From assembly GCF_006345805.1 (NCBI RefSeq), contig NC_042998.1, positions 152,210,001 to 152,274,000 of the forward strand: a DNA stretch of 64,000 nucleotides. The letters run 5' to 3'. This document shows, one piece after another, positions 1 to 12,970 of this stretch. This stretch comes from Octopus sinensis (taxonomy: Eukaryota). The notes below the pieces were generated by a model. That model was not told the DNA's origin. It saw only the letters and a list, made by a program, of their open reading frames with translations, and made no database searches. Position numbers and translations under genes: made by a program. Each line of letters opens with the position of its first letter. The stretch's first letter is position 1.

Positions 1-272
1 TAACTGTAAAATTCCTTGCATTGCTCAGACTATCTTACAATACAGTCTCGTCTGTGCAATGGGTTACTTAGGAATTATTATCATTTATATTATCTCAAAA
101 GCAGCCACGTTGTTGCCATTCTTTAGTCCATATTCGCTATTATCACACTGTTTTTTTTATCTACCCCTCTTGACATCTTCAGTTTTCTTGTTTTGTCTTC
201 TTATTCACATCATTGTATCGCAGAGTTGCTTCGAGATCTGTTTACTAGATCGTCATCGGGGATCGTCTAGAA

Positions 273-518
273 CGGTGTTTCTCAACCATTTTTTAGCTAT
301 GGACCCCTCGGTTGCTATTTTGCTCGGATGGACCTTCCTTGTTATTCTATGCTTTAAAAAAATCATGTGATATTTTTATAATTAAATATTATTAGGAACT
401 GTATTTAAAAATTACTAAAATATTTTGTGTATTGTAACCAATTTATTGCCGAAAAAGTTTTACAACAGAATCTTATATGGGTGTTAAGGGCCATATGGAC
501 CTCAGTTGAGAACCACTA
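273..518. mobile_element. hAT (Charlie/Buster-like) MITE, 246 bp
   Basis: TIR-like ends cggtgtttctcaac (273) / gttgagaaccacta (505-518); flanks gtctagaa / gcctagag match 6/8 and fit the NTCTAGAN 8-bp target of Charlie/Buster hAT elements. Confidence 0.75.
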
Positions 519-1760
519 GCCTAGAGTTACACTGGTCAAAGATGGCATCGGTGGTTAATAGCTTTATCAGTACAAGATTTAAACTTTTGAACATGAGTAT
601 GAGTAAAGTGGTTATGACTCTGCCATTAAATAAGTTCCACGTTGTCACCCAAGAGGTCCTGTGGGGGAAAAGGGTAACCTTCTGGCTGCAGGAAAATTCT
701 AAATGTTGTAGATGTTGATTGCTTGCTGTTTTAATCTCAAAACAACCGATAGTGCCAGTTGGGACATCCGTGCCTATTTTAATATTCCAGAAGAATGACT
801 TCCTTTTGAAGTGGCTTGTGTGTTATATTTCCTAGAACCTCATAAGCTCTTTAACTACATCATCGACATATTCAAATGTTGGAACATAGTCCTAGACGAT
901 GGTAATTCTCTGTAATGCTGCAAACAAGTAAATAAGCAACATGTATACGAGTTGTGACTGTGAAGATTAGGACAGGGTGTGTTCTGCAGTTGTTGACATA
1001 TGGGGCCACCTTCTGTACTACAGTTTGTGGTCTTCATCTACAGTCGTTTCTTCCCACCAACTCGAACATGTTCCATGTTTATTTGACATGTCCAGGAGTA
1101 AGTTCTTTTTACTTCTTCTTTCATTCCATGGTACATTTTAACCAGCCCACGTGTACAAAATACACCCACTCCACATCTCAAAGACGGCGCTTTGTTTGGA
1201 GACGTTAGTGGCTGCTGTTGTCAATGATTTTGGACTTGTCTCTACGGTACTGTATTAATCACCTCCAACTTGGACAGAATTGTGTTTAATTTTCCGGATC
1301 TCGACAAAATCGGCTGAAATGGAGAGAAACACTTTGATGTCCACCAGCACCATTACTCGAATGGATGGGTAAACTGGCTCTCACATAGCTCTAATTTTCG
1401 ACACCAAAACATTTCCTCAGTTATGCTTCGGATGCAGCTTCTGCCAACAATAGTGAGAAACTGGGATGCTTAGAGAGGCGATGGGCCCCGGCAAACATTT
1501 TCCCAAGCAAGTGAAACGCCATATATGGACCCACTAAAAAAAATAGCGTAAATACGTACACATGCACGTACATACATTGATGCATACATACTTACATACA
1601 TACATACACATCAACACACACATGTGTGTGTGCGTGTGTTTGTGTGTGCGTGTATATATAAATGTTTGTTTTCATGTTCAGTTGCAATAAAAACAATTTC
1701 ACAGTAATTTGATGGGTTACAAATACTTTTATAGAGTATAAATTTATCATTCTTAAAGGA

Positions 1761-1847
1761 GAATATTATTGACAGTGACTTCGAAGTTTCGGCAGTCCGG
1801 CGATTGCTTAACTGGCCGAAGCTTCGAAGTCAGTATCAATAATATTC
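1761..1847. repeat. 87-bp hairpin formed by two inverted copies of a hammerhead 3' half
   Basis: Arms gaatattattga..tgacttcgaagtttcggc / gccgaagcttcgaagtca..tcaataatattc; minus strand reads gcc-GAAA-cttcgaag-TC. Confidence 0.8.
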
Positions 1848-2055
1848 TTGGTTATGAATAATAAATAACTGTTTTCGCACATATACATATATACATGCAC
1901 ACACATGCATATATACATACATACATTCATATTTGCATATTAAGATACATGCGATATAATATATGCAGATATAAACACATATACATGTAGATGTGCATAC
2001 ACCTGTACATACACCATTCATCATACTCCTTTTGTTTTGCTCTTTCTTGTTTCCA

Positions 2056-2103
<48 letters not shown>

Positions 2104-2442
2104 CTCTATTACACACCCCTTCTTTCTCACACCCATCTCTTTCTCTCTAAAGTTGTCAAGTTGTTTTGATCAAAATACCCCACCTACCTTCCACAAATCT
2201 CCTTCCTTACTCCAATTCATCTTTCTCGTGCTATTATCTCTCTCTCACTCTCTCTCTCTAGCTCTCTCGTTTACTCTGTCTTCCCCATTTCCCTCTCCCT
2301 CCTCCCCTTCTCCTTCCGCTCCCTCTTCTCCCCCTCTCTCAGTCATCCCTCTCTATTCTTCCCACTACCCCATTTTTACAACCAGACGCACGATCAAATC
2401 CGCTTTTGTAAGCCGTCAACTTTACAAAGATTTCCATTGAAG

Positions 2443-2477
<35 letters not shown>

Positions 2478-2558
2478 CATTATTATTATTCTATGTTTGA
2501 CTTTTGCTTTACATTTGCACAAGCTGGCTCCAAGTCTCACCCAGAGACCTCAAGAGAC

Positions 2559-2611
<53 letters not shown>
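2443..2611. repeat. (TTA)n microsatellite interrupted by a short LINE 3' tip
   Basis: Direct sequence. Confidence 0.95.
2490..2550 (-). mobile_element. Extreme 3' tip of an R4/Dong-like element (family B)
   Basis: atgtttgacttt...agagacctcaagaga is homologous to 4385-4450, the 3' UTR of the element at 4384-5747; embedded in (TTA)n. Confidence 0.65.
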
Positions 2612-2613
<2 letters not shown>

Positions 2614-2826
2614 AGCAGTGAGCTGGCAGAATCTTTAGCACAGCGTACAAAAGGCTTAGCGGCACTTCGTCCGTTTTCACGTTCTGTGTTCAAATTCCAC
2701 CGAGGTCGAATTTGCCACTTATCATTTCGGGGTCGATAGATGAAGTACCAGTGAGACACTGCATCGATGTAATCTACTACTCTCTTCCCCATAAATTTGA
2801 GGCCTTGGACCTCCTTTAGAAAGGAT
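2612..2826 (+). mobile_element. tRNA-derived SINE with (TTA)n tail
   Basis: Head aaagcagtgagctggcagaatc, gttcaaattcc B-box-like motif, gggtcgata..aagtacc core; homologous to 2840-3011 and 19367-19572. Confidence 0.75.
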
Positions 2827-2839
2827 TGTTATTATTACA

Positions 2840-3010
2840 ACACCGGGCAAGTGTTTAGTGGCATTTCATCAGCCTTCACGTTCTGAGTTCAAAACTTTAC
2901 CTTTCATCCTTTCAGAGTCGATAAAATAAGTACCTGTTTGAACACTGGGGTCGAAGTAATCGACTCATCCCCTTCCCCAAAATGGCTGCCCTTGTTGAAA
3001 TATTTGAAAC

Positions 3011-3011
<1 letters not shown>
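2840..3011 (+). mobile_element. 5'-truncated SINE, same family as 2612-2826
   Basis: gttctgagttcaaa..gtcgataaaataagtacc..ggggtcga core followed by (TTA)n. Confidence 0.7.
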
Positions 3012-3070
<59 letters not shown>

Positions 3071-3074
<4 letters not shown>

Positions 3075-3650
3075 TAGTTTTATTTTTATAGCGTGCTTTC
3101 ACTTCACTACCGAGCGCAGCTATGTGTGCATTGGGTATGTGCTGTGGTTTGCTGTGATGCTCTTATGTTTGCTCTATTGAACGTGTTTTACGCAAGATGT
3201 GTGCAGTGCCTAGTAGTGCTATTTTTCTGTGTGTTAGTGCTGGTGTTTTTGTTATGTATTTGTCTGAATATTTTTTATCATACCTAATCCGCCCACTATG
3301 ATAGGATTTGTTTCTGTTTTTAGACGCCACATTCGAGTTACCTCTTTTTCCAGGTCTTTGTATTTTGAAAGTTTCTACATTTCTTTTGGAGAAATGTTGT
3401 CATCTGTTGGTATTAATACATCGATTAGAAAGCATTTTTTCTTCATGATCTCTGACAACTATATCTGGCCTATTGGTCTTAATTTCTCTATCTGTGTATA
3501 TTGGCATATCCCATAGTATTGTTGCTTTCTCATTTTCTGTGACCTTTTCTGGTGTGTGCTTATGCCATCTTTCTTCTGTTGTTATTCCATTGCGTTGGCA
3601 TAGCTTCCAGTGTATGTAGGTCCCAACTCTGTTCTGTCTGTGAATATATT
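3071..3650 (-). mobile_element. R4/Dong-like RLE non-LTR retrotransposon, 5'-truncated 3' fragment (family A)
   Basis: Clearly homologous to the 3' end of 19843-23705 (RLE region and 3' UTR ending aaaactactgaat); (TTA)n on both sides. Confidence 0.85.
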
Positions 3651-3651
3651 A

Positions 3652-3819
<168 letters not shown>

Positions 3820-4365
3820 GCAGTACCAGGCAGTAGCTCTCATGGCTTCTGATGTTAACTGATTGGAAGTGTTATCATGTACATTGTTTTGTCTTGGTAT
3901 AAAAGATGGGCTACAGCAAATATTCTGCTCAATAATACAGATTTGCTTATCAGTTGTTTGATCTTAACCAGTTGAGCATGTCCCTTGGTGGCTGACGATA
4001 TGTGCATCTCTGATCACGAGCAGAAGTAGTGTGGGAGCATCATAGCCATGTGTTGAGATGGATTCTTTGGGGTTTGAATAATTCACCTCTGGAAACATGG
4101 GTGTTTCGTTCAACATCCTTAAACAACTCTTATTCAAGGACCTTTTGAGCGGGATGGGCTACTCGACCAGAAGAAAATTCTAACTGGGCCCCACCTGCAA
4201 GGTCATGTGCTGTTTATCTTGATATGAGATCACCATGTCGTGAATATATGGTTGTGATGCATGTGCATAGTGTACCCTAATCAGACGGGTAGTCATGATG
4301 GGTATACTGGGCTTCGTATATTTCACCCCAGGGTCACTTTGATGGCATGCACAGCTCTCTCACTC
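3820..4365 (+). mobile_element. ~550-bp non-coding interspersed element ending in a (TAA)n tail
   Basis: Complex ORF-less block between triplet microsatellites, ending ctctcactc-(aat)n like the Dong-type 3' ends here; recalled as a common octopus repeat, classification uncertain. Confidence 0.5.
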
Positions 4366-4383
4366 AATAATAATAATAATAAT

Positions 4384-5743
4384 ATATGTTTGACTTTTCC
4401 TTTTTATTTGTTCAAGTTGACTCCAATTCTCGCCTAGAGACCTCAAGAGACAACAAGTTAGAAGTTCAAGCTGGTGCTATGACTAAGGTGCCATATATTT
4501 GTTTTTGCACAAAGTATTGTTCTAGAGAATGTTTAAGAAAACAAAAAAATTATGAGTTTGTTTTAAAATTTGAGATTACATAGTATTTTACGTAGGATAT
4601 GAGCAGTTCCCATGAGCATTATTTTTTTAATGTCGGCCATTTTTCGATTTGCTGGTATCTGAGCTAGATAGTAATCACCTATGACAACAGGTATTGTTTT
4701 AGTCTTCAGGTTCCACATTTTGCCAGTTCGTATTTCGAGATGCTGTATGTCTTTGAGGAGATAAGGAGAAGAGGCTTGAATCCCATACTTTATTGGCAGC
4801 ATGGACGCACTGGGCCGAAGGCGAAAAGGGGGAATCCACCAAGACCTTTACCTGATCGGTCCTCTCCAGCAGCAGACGACCCGGCTCGAAATCAAGTTGA
4901 GTTGCAGGAGTAGAGCCGACAGGCAGATGACAGCACTTTGACACGTTCAGACACAGGTCCCAATCGTTAGACCACTTCCAAATTTGGTGGAGGCATCGAC
5001 GAAGATCCTCTATATTACCGCGAGGAGCGACCAGTTTTATATCGTCGGCAAATAGAAGGGTGTGTTGCGTGAGGTCGTCGGGCAAGACATTTATGAAGAC
5101 TAAGAACAACAAGGGCCCAAGCACTGAACCTTGAGGCACGCCACTGCTCGCACTGGAGACGTCGGACCGCGAACCATTAACTTGGACTTGGAAGGAGCGA
5201 TCTGAGAGGAAGGCACCAACCCATCGTATAATATCCGGATGGAAACTATATGCTTGAAGCTTGACAAGTAATAGGCGGTGGTTTACCGAGTCAAAAGCTT
5301 TGGCAAAGTCCAGTAAAATGATGTCAACAGCATCACTATCATCGAGGATGCGCGTCACCAATTCTTCCATTACTAGTAAGTTGGTCAAGCATGATCTCCG
5401 TGCTTTAAAACAAGTTTTAGCATCCACTCATCAGAGTTTTTCAGGTTGGTGTTTAGGCCAATTGTAGCAATTCCAGTTGTAAAATTCATTGTTAATTCCA
5501 GTTGTAAAAGTCCACGGCCACCCCCTGTTCTTGGCAAGTAAAGTTGCTCTATAGCTGCCTTAGGGTGGTGCATTCTATGCATTGTCAACAATTTTGGTAT
5601 TTTTCTGTCAAGGTTACTTATTTCAGTAATTGACCAGTCAATAATATTGAAACTGTAAGTCACGACCAGTATGATTAAAATATTGATCGTTTCAATCCTG
5701 TTTCTTGCAATCAGCTCTTCTTGTGTATTGCCCTTACCCTGCG

Positions 5744-5747
<4 letters not shown>
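4384..5747 (-). mobile_element. Chimeric R4/Dong (family B) element whose interior is replaced by a CR1 RT segment
   Basis: 4384-4733 RLE C-terminus (MWNLKT..PVVIG..ILRKIL) plus 3' UTR; 5399-5747 RT-downstream motif (HHPKAAIEQLYLPRTGGGRGLLQLE); CR1 RT in between. Confidence 0.8.
4733..5398 (-). pseudogene. CR1-clade reverse transcriptase fragment
   Basis: ORF 4699-5427: LDFAKAFDSVNH, SGVPQGSVLGPLLF, FADD; near identical to 24400-25200 apart from internal deletions. Confidence 0.9.
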
Positions 5748-5779
<32 letters not shown>

Positions 5780-5783
5780 TTAT

Positions 5784-6982
5784 TTACTTTTAATCTGCAT
5801 GTTTGTCAATATCACTTGCCAAGACACACCCAACAGCCTAGCGCGAGTGAAAGATAACAGATGGTACAGTATGACTGAAAGATTGAGAAAGGGAAGTAGC
5901 GAAAGTAGGCAGTAGCGAAATATCTTCATGTAATACAACACAGACATTTAAATTGTTAGGGTTTTTCTAAGGATGTAGGCAGTACTTCTCAGCACAACCT
6001 TTTGGATTTCTCTGAGACATGGCTCCCCTAGGATATTATCTAGATGTTTCTCACAACCCTTTCTTATCATACATAGGGCAGCCACAATAACTTGAACAGT
6101 TCTCGCTTTAAGATACCACATCTTTTGTATTTCAATTTCCAAGGCCTTATATTTACTTAATTTATCAAATTCCGTTACAGATATATTTTTATCAGTGGGA
6201 ACACTGATGTCTATTGGTCTACAAGTATTTTCTTCCCTGCCTTTAATAACTATGTCTGGTTGAGTAACCTGGGTCGTTCTGTCGGTGTTGACTGGAAAAT
6301 TTCAGAGGATAGTGACAGTTTTACCTTCAACAACTAGCTCAGGATGATGTTCATACTAGTAAGTAGGAGTGTTGATTTTGCAGTTTTTACATATTTTCCA
6401 ATGTAAATGATGCCCTACCCTATCATGGCGATATTTGTATTCGTTTGGTGTCAACACAGAACATCCTGAAATGAGATGGTCCATTGTTTCATCAAATGTA
6501 TCGCAGAATCTGCATTTAAGCTCAGAACTGTTTTGAAGAACGTTAGCCTGGTAGTTTTTGGTAAGCAAGCTTTGGTCTTGTGCTGCCAACATGGAACGTT
6601 CAGTGTCTGCTTTCAGTCCTGAACTTCTCAGTCATTGATGGGTTGTTGCTTGGTCTACATCAGCATTTCGGCTTCGAAGTATATACTGTCCATGCAGAGG
6701 CTTCTGGCTCTATCACTCCTCAATTTGATTTTGCCCGTTCTGTTTTTGAAGTCTATTTGATTCGTTTTGCTTGTTGGGTAGCAGTGGTTTCATGTTCTTC
6801 ACCTACTTCATGGTTGATGCCGAGTTCACTTGCGAATTTGCAAGCTTCCTTGACAATAAAATATGATTTTTTGCTGCTTTCGTGTTTGCAGCATCCAGTC
6901 CTCTGTGCTAGATAAGTACTTGTTCATTGCTATTATGGAAGTCCTATAGCACAGTTCTACCTGCAATATTCCTCTTCCCCCA
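5784..6982 (-). mobile_element. R4/Dong-like RLE element, 5'-truncated (family C)
   Basis: AAQDQSL, CRFC..H..SGC zinc knuckle, HDRVG, RLE end (EIQKVVLRSTAYILRK); (TTA)n at both ends; homologous to 23791-26333. Confidence 0.85.
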
Positions 6983-7033
<51 letters not shown>

Positions 7034-7601
7034 GGCCGCCATACTGGAAATATGTAGAAAGATGGAGCTCTGTAAGTTTTCAGTGTTTAATCAAGCGTTT
7101 TGGCTACTTGGGCCCCTTTCAGTCAAATATTTTTGTATAATTTTGCTTCTACTGTCTGGATTGATGGGATGTTGCTTGATATAAATGTAACTCAATGATA
7201 TTTATTTTGCATTTTTTATCGAAGATAGAATTCACATATTTTCCAATGTTTAAAATACGTCGGAATACTACAAAATAATAGTAATCGACAGTGAGCAACG
7301 TTCTGTCCACACAGTTTTAACACCGAACGCAGGCTTGAGTTAAAATTGATTTATCGTCAAAGAGAAATAGAATTTTGTTTTGTTGCTATGACAACAGTAA
7401 CAAATGCAACGATACTAGCAGCAGCAACAACAGTGAAAACAACAACAATACTGCACGTGAAGCCTATGAAAACAATTTTTCCTTGCTTTTACCATCTCCT
7501 TCACCGTCGCAGGAACAAAAGAAATCAATGACAAAAAGCGACAACACAAGCAAGAACACTGCCGACTCCACCGCGACCGCTGGTAGCTGTAGCAGATCCA
7601 C

Positions 7602-7632
<31 letters not shown>

Positions 7633-7689
7633 AACAACATTTCTAACGAAAACGAGACATGCAAATCCAGTCGAAACCAGTTTGACTTT

Positions 7690-8480
7690 GCGAGGTCAAC
7701 CAGAGAATTACACGATTAAATCCTACTCTTTCTGTGTTATGTTGTTCTGTGCCGTCCTCAATCTTTTATACAAACCATCATTTATCGCCTGGCCGTTGTG
7801 CCTTGTCCTGGTTATTGCTTGACCAGGTTGGAGGGTCTCTTATTGAATTTCTTGTGGAAGGGACGTGCTCCAATGGTCAGGACGTCAATCTGCTGTCAGA
7901 ACCCTCTGAGTGACGGATTAAGTATATCTTCAATTGCGCCACCTGCACCGATTTATAGATGGCGCGAATGTATGGGCTCTGTTTGTAAGGCACGTCTCTT
8001 CGTAGCTTGTCCCCTTTAAGGGCTACAGTCTTGAGGGAAGAAAAGACCAAGATTGGACGCCTAGTACCTAGAAGGCCGCCATGCGCTCTACTGGTTGGGC
8101 AATAGGATCGGTGGATTTCCACTTAGAAATTTATAGAGGATTAGTGACAGGGAAGTGTGACGACATTCTCGGGGAGACTCTTGGCGTTCATGAAAATAAT
8201 CGGGCTAGTCCGTTCCGGTGGACATTCCGATCGGAAACTATCATGGATAATTTTCAGATGTCCTTGGACTGCCAGTGCTAACGAGGGGCGCTACTGGTTT
8301 GAAATGGTTCGAGATAAACTCTACCGGCACGGATGTGCTGTCAGACGGGCTTTCCGGGGTATGCGTAGAGTGACGAAACCGTTCTTCGGGCCAACGGTTG
8401 AAAGAGATTGAAATAGAATGGCTTGTAGAGCTACTACAGAACGTTTGCCTCTTAGGGACAAGAAAGATAATCAGGCGAGT
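7690..8480 (+). mobile_element. Tx1/L1-clade LINE fragment (post-RT region), degenerate
   Basis: Translation FLWKGRAPMVRTSICCQNPL and VRDKLYRHGCAV, typical of the L1/Tx1 ORF2 C-terminal half. Confidence 0.65.
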
Positions 8481-8578
8481 TTTTAGCACTTGAAAGACTA
8501 TTGAAAGATTGTGGATACCTAAGATGACAAGTACTCACATAAATTCTACCAAGAACAAGAACGAATCTGAGCCAAATC

Positions 8579-8637
<59 letters not shown>

Positions 8638-8649
8638 TGATGATGATAA

Positions 8650-9310
8650 TTTCATTTATTTGCCACCAGAGTGAAGGATGAGGCGGGGCAATACAAAACA
8701 GAAATGATAAAATTAAAATAAAAGAGTAAGTATATATGTGAAAAGGAAGGGAAATATGCATAGTACACAAAGGTTAACAAAAAGGGGTCGGGTGATAGAG
8801 ATGTAGTCCTCATGATACAGGATGAGCTTTAGGGATAATTGAGGAATATCACAGTCCCAAGATCTCCTTAAACACCAAATGCAAGTACCCTCCCCAATTC
8901 CCTCTCTCCGACTCACAGGTCTACACTTAGAGAGGTACCATCCACTCTTGCTATTTTCACAACTTTCATCCACCTTTCAATAAACTTACTCGAAGACAGC
9001 ACTTCCTTCTCCACCTCAGTTTCATTTTCAAGTGAAACTTGAAGAAGTCAATGAGAGATCTACCAAAGAGGAATGTATCTGTCTTCATGCCTTTCAGCCT
9101 AGTCCACCAAATAGCCTCTTTCGTCACAGCCACCAGGCAAAGGAAAATTGCCTTGCCTGCCCGATTAAAGGAGGACAGTCGGACAATCATCACTATGGAC
9201 TCGGACGATAGACAGATCCGTCCCACACGCAACAGCAGCTGTTCTACATAGCTCCACAAGTCAGCAATGCCCGGACATATCAAGAGAGATTAATGTGCCG
9301 CCACCCCTAT
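8650..9310 (-). mobile_element. Tx1/L1-clade LINE 3' end
   Basis: ORF 8966-9283 CPGIADLWSYVEQLL..KEAIWWTRLKG..FFKFHLK, then a 3' UTR ending near (TAA)n. Confidence 0.65.
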
Positions 9311-10784
9311 AATTGTGACACATTAATACCTCCAGATACGGAGCACAATCATTTGGAAGCGAAGTGTTGCTATGATTGTGCCAATATGCAAGTGAGTCTG
9401 CCTTGCAATGTCTGAATAAGTGCATATGTGTGTCTCACTGACTGACAACGGAATATCATAAATGAAAATAAGTGTGTGTGTGTGCATGCAGACGGGTGGG
9501 CGTGTGTATACGTGTGTTTGCATATGTAGATTTATAGGCAAACTGCAGATATATGCTTTCCGAGTGGCATATACTTCACGATTGCATGGTTCACGCTTGG
9601 AAGTATACAAGTGGGTGCTGAGTGCTAATACGTGTGTAGAGATTCGCAAATGTAGGGGTATGTACATGCACATGTGATGAAGAATATAAGTTTTATTTAT
9701 CTATAATTCATTTATTTATTTGTAATAAAGACTGTGTCGTTGACGATGGTACTTGGTAGACGAGTATTTCGAGTACTTATCACACGTACAAATGTACTGA
9801 GTAATGTAGAGAACATGTGCAGCTCTTTGTGAGAATGTATCAAACGACTGAATTATTTACCTGCTTGTTTTTGAGGTTCTTTTTTTTTTTTTGCAATTGC
9901 CGTATGTTATTTATCTTCTTTTGATATTCTGCTTTTGTTTCTTAATTCTTAATTATTTTTATTTTTAAGCTCAAAAATTATTTCACGTGATGGTTATTTT
10001 ACAGCGCAAAATTTGTGCTCGCCAATCGCAGGAATTATATTTCATCCAGCATGTCTCGAGTCAAAATATCATTTTGGCTCGAGTAAGTCTTGGCCAGTAT
10101 ACTTCGGTTGGATGAAGTAAATTATTTATTATCTCCTTTTAGTAACGACTACTTCTGTTCGTTACCAGTAAGGCATTGTATGTATCGAAGGTTTCTACCT
10201 GTTCGAAACAAACCCTATACACCTGGAAGTGCTCTCAGATGGGAATATCCGAGTTACGCAGAAGCGATAAAACAATTCTGCAAAAAGCTGTTCTATGTTC
10301 GTGCCTTGTTGACTTACAGAGTTCATATGTATGTGATGATTGTGTATTCCTTAGACGGACGTAATCATTGCCTGTACAACGATTTTATCAGAGTTGAATG
10401 CGGCTTGCACAACACGACGACTCTTACTAACAATACGAGGATACCCAGAGCAAAGAGCAAGATATCTGGCTCAGTAGAGCCGCGGATTTTCTATACGAGT
10501 TAGCTCTCTATTAGCGGGATGCCTTAACAAAAGCCAGGGTCTCTTATTCCTAGTGAGCTTACAGCATCTTCGGACACCAGCCTGAGTATTTCTACATCCC
10601 ATCACTCATATGCTAGTTGACTCGTAGGTGAGACCCTGACAGGTGCTACAACACCAGTTCAGAATAGACCTCGGAGCAATAGCGGCTAAGAAGTGATTCC
10701 ACATTCCTCAAAACCCTGGAAATCCAAAACCAAAGCCCCACTACCGGGATGCAGTTTAAAGTCATACCTTGGGCAATGCGCACA

Positions 10785-10995
10785 TACGTACATACGTACA
10801 TACATCCTAACATGCACACTTACATACACACATACACACACATACATACGTACATACATACATACATACATACATACATACATACATACATACATACATA
10901 CATACATGCATACATACATACATACATACATACATACATACATACATACATACATACATACATACATACATACACACGTACATACATACATATAC
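10785..10995. repeat. (TACA)n microsatellite
   Basis: Direct sequence; explains ORFs 10686-11082. Confidence 0.95.
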
Positions 10996-11639
10996 AAAAA
11001 TTTCTTGATGTTGATGCCATATTGTGACTCAGGGCATGCAGTATCCAAGTTTCTGATCTCTGCTAAATTATTCGAAAACTGAATATGCCAATTATAATGT
11101 GAAGAAATAATCCTCTGTGATTATTGCCATCGTCATTATTTTCTTTGTTTTTATACAGTGTTGAAATAACTGTGGCCACACACACTGAGGAACGATATGT
11201 TTTCACACACTGAGGAAGGATATGTTTATTGAAGAAGTTGTGAAAACCTACTAACAAAGATAGTTTGCTATTTCTAAAAAAAAAACATACACACATTTTC
11301 CCTCCAAGAACTACAGCCATACTACTTTACTTTCTTTAAGCTTTTAGGTTAATATATTCAGCCCAGGACCTATTCTGTTATCTTTTTTATCGACTTTGCA
11401 TGTCAAACCGCTAGGTTCGAATAATATAGCATAATCAACACTGGTTTTTAGATAAAATCAAGCTCGAAATTATATACAGCGTCATTATAAATTCTGGAGG
11501 TGTCAATGACGGAATTGTGACGTTACTGCATCGGGTTCATGTGAATCTCATAAAGTGCATCAGTAATGGTGGAAACTAGGTTGAAAATATTATTCATAAA
11601 TGGAGTTGAAGGAGTTGAATAAAATTATTGAAAATATGC

Positions 11640-12970
11640 ATTTTCGTCTATGCATCCAGACTTTATGGTCAACGTAACCCAACTTCAAAGGCCAAGAGTA
11701 TCGCAAACGAAAGTCGGAACGAGTGGACCAGAGCCATACGGACACTCGAAAACCATGATCAGATGAGAAAAATGGTGACACGTGCGGTAGGGGGGAGTAT
11801 CAAAGTTACACAATAGGGCCACATTTTAAATTTTAATAAGAATATATACGCCCAAGAAAAGGGTGCAGCATCGGTGTCAGTATCACTGGCAATGTGACTA
11901 ACTTCTTATTGGTATGGTGGAATAGGAGACTCAAAGAAAGCTTAAAAGAGAGTTCCAGAATCCTGAAAATGTACTCTCGCTATGTTGATAATATCAATAT
12001 AGTAGCAAAAGCACCCCTAAAAGATAGTGTCCACAAACTGGAAATTAGCACTCTGGAGAGCATCCAGCAGATAGCTAACTCCATCAGAGTATTAAATTTA
12101 CAGTAGATTACCTAAGTAAACACCCTAACTCCAGACTACATGTTTTAAACAGAGGAACAAGGAATCACGAGGTCCTTCCATTGCCACTTTGCTAAATTTA
12201 TGGCCTCTAAAGACTTGATCCACTGGAATGCAATTATTGCAAATAATATCAAGTTCAATATCTTAATGGCGAACTTGATAAGGGGGATGATAAACATGTC
12301 CTGCATGTGTGATCTAATGGAATTAAAGAGACTCATACAACACTTCAACCACTGCATACAGTTTTCTGCGTAGCCAAAGAGACAGGATCAGGGTATACAA
12401 AGAAGCCAGGGCAAAATATAAGACCTTCGTGGAGAATGACGCTAATGGGATCTACCTGCTATACAGGTGTAAATCCTAGAATAACATAGAAAGTACTAAG
12501 ATAACCAAAAATACCAGAGTGTCAGGTTAATCAATGATACTCCTGAAGGAGAACTAGCATATCTTTTTAGGATTAAAGTAGTAGAAAGACCGGGCAGCTC
12601 ATAAAATCCTTGATCTGTAGATCTCTTGTATGGATAGGATCCCTTGTATGGATAGGAACTGTAGAGTGTGTAAGCCTACAGATAAACTGTAAAACTAGGA
12701 ACGTAGTTTATAGCATAATATGTACAGAGGGACGGTGCAGAAACAGGACAACCGCGTAATTTGCAGCGATAGCACGTAGCATATGTGAGCGGATCAGTAA
12801 ACACTAATAGGAGCTCAAGGAGGGCAAAAGCTCGTCAGTGCTCTACCAACACGCTCAATTAGAATATGAAGGCTCGCTTAACAACATAGATGTTAGAATC
12901 TTATTGACACAGAACGGGCACTATATTCAGGGAGCTTAAGGAGGTCACACGTAATAGAAGATAAACCGAA
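11640..12970 (+). mobile_element. Penelope-like element remnant (RT plus GIY-YIG), heavily degenerate
   Basis: IY.QEKGAA.GVS motif, YSRYVDNI (RT motif C), VDYPSKHP, VVERPGSS, RNVVYSIIC and SALYQH-like endonuclease remnants across frames. Confidence 0.7.

Noticed and set aside
530-1500. Complex non-repetitive block that might be an exon or TE coding remnant
   Set aside because: No recognisable motif in any frame by eye.
7375-7719. 114-aa N/S/T-rich ORF
   Set aside because: Open mainly because of (AAC)n low complexity; no domain or convincing splice context.
7690-9310. Twin-priming inversion joining the two Tx1/L1 fragments
   Set aside because: The fragments converge 3'-to-3' with (TAA)n between them; twin priming would join 5' ends.
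10055-10083. 12-bp stem hairpin ctcgagtcaaaa/ttttggctcgag
   Set aside because: Too short to be significant on its own, and has no associated motif.
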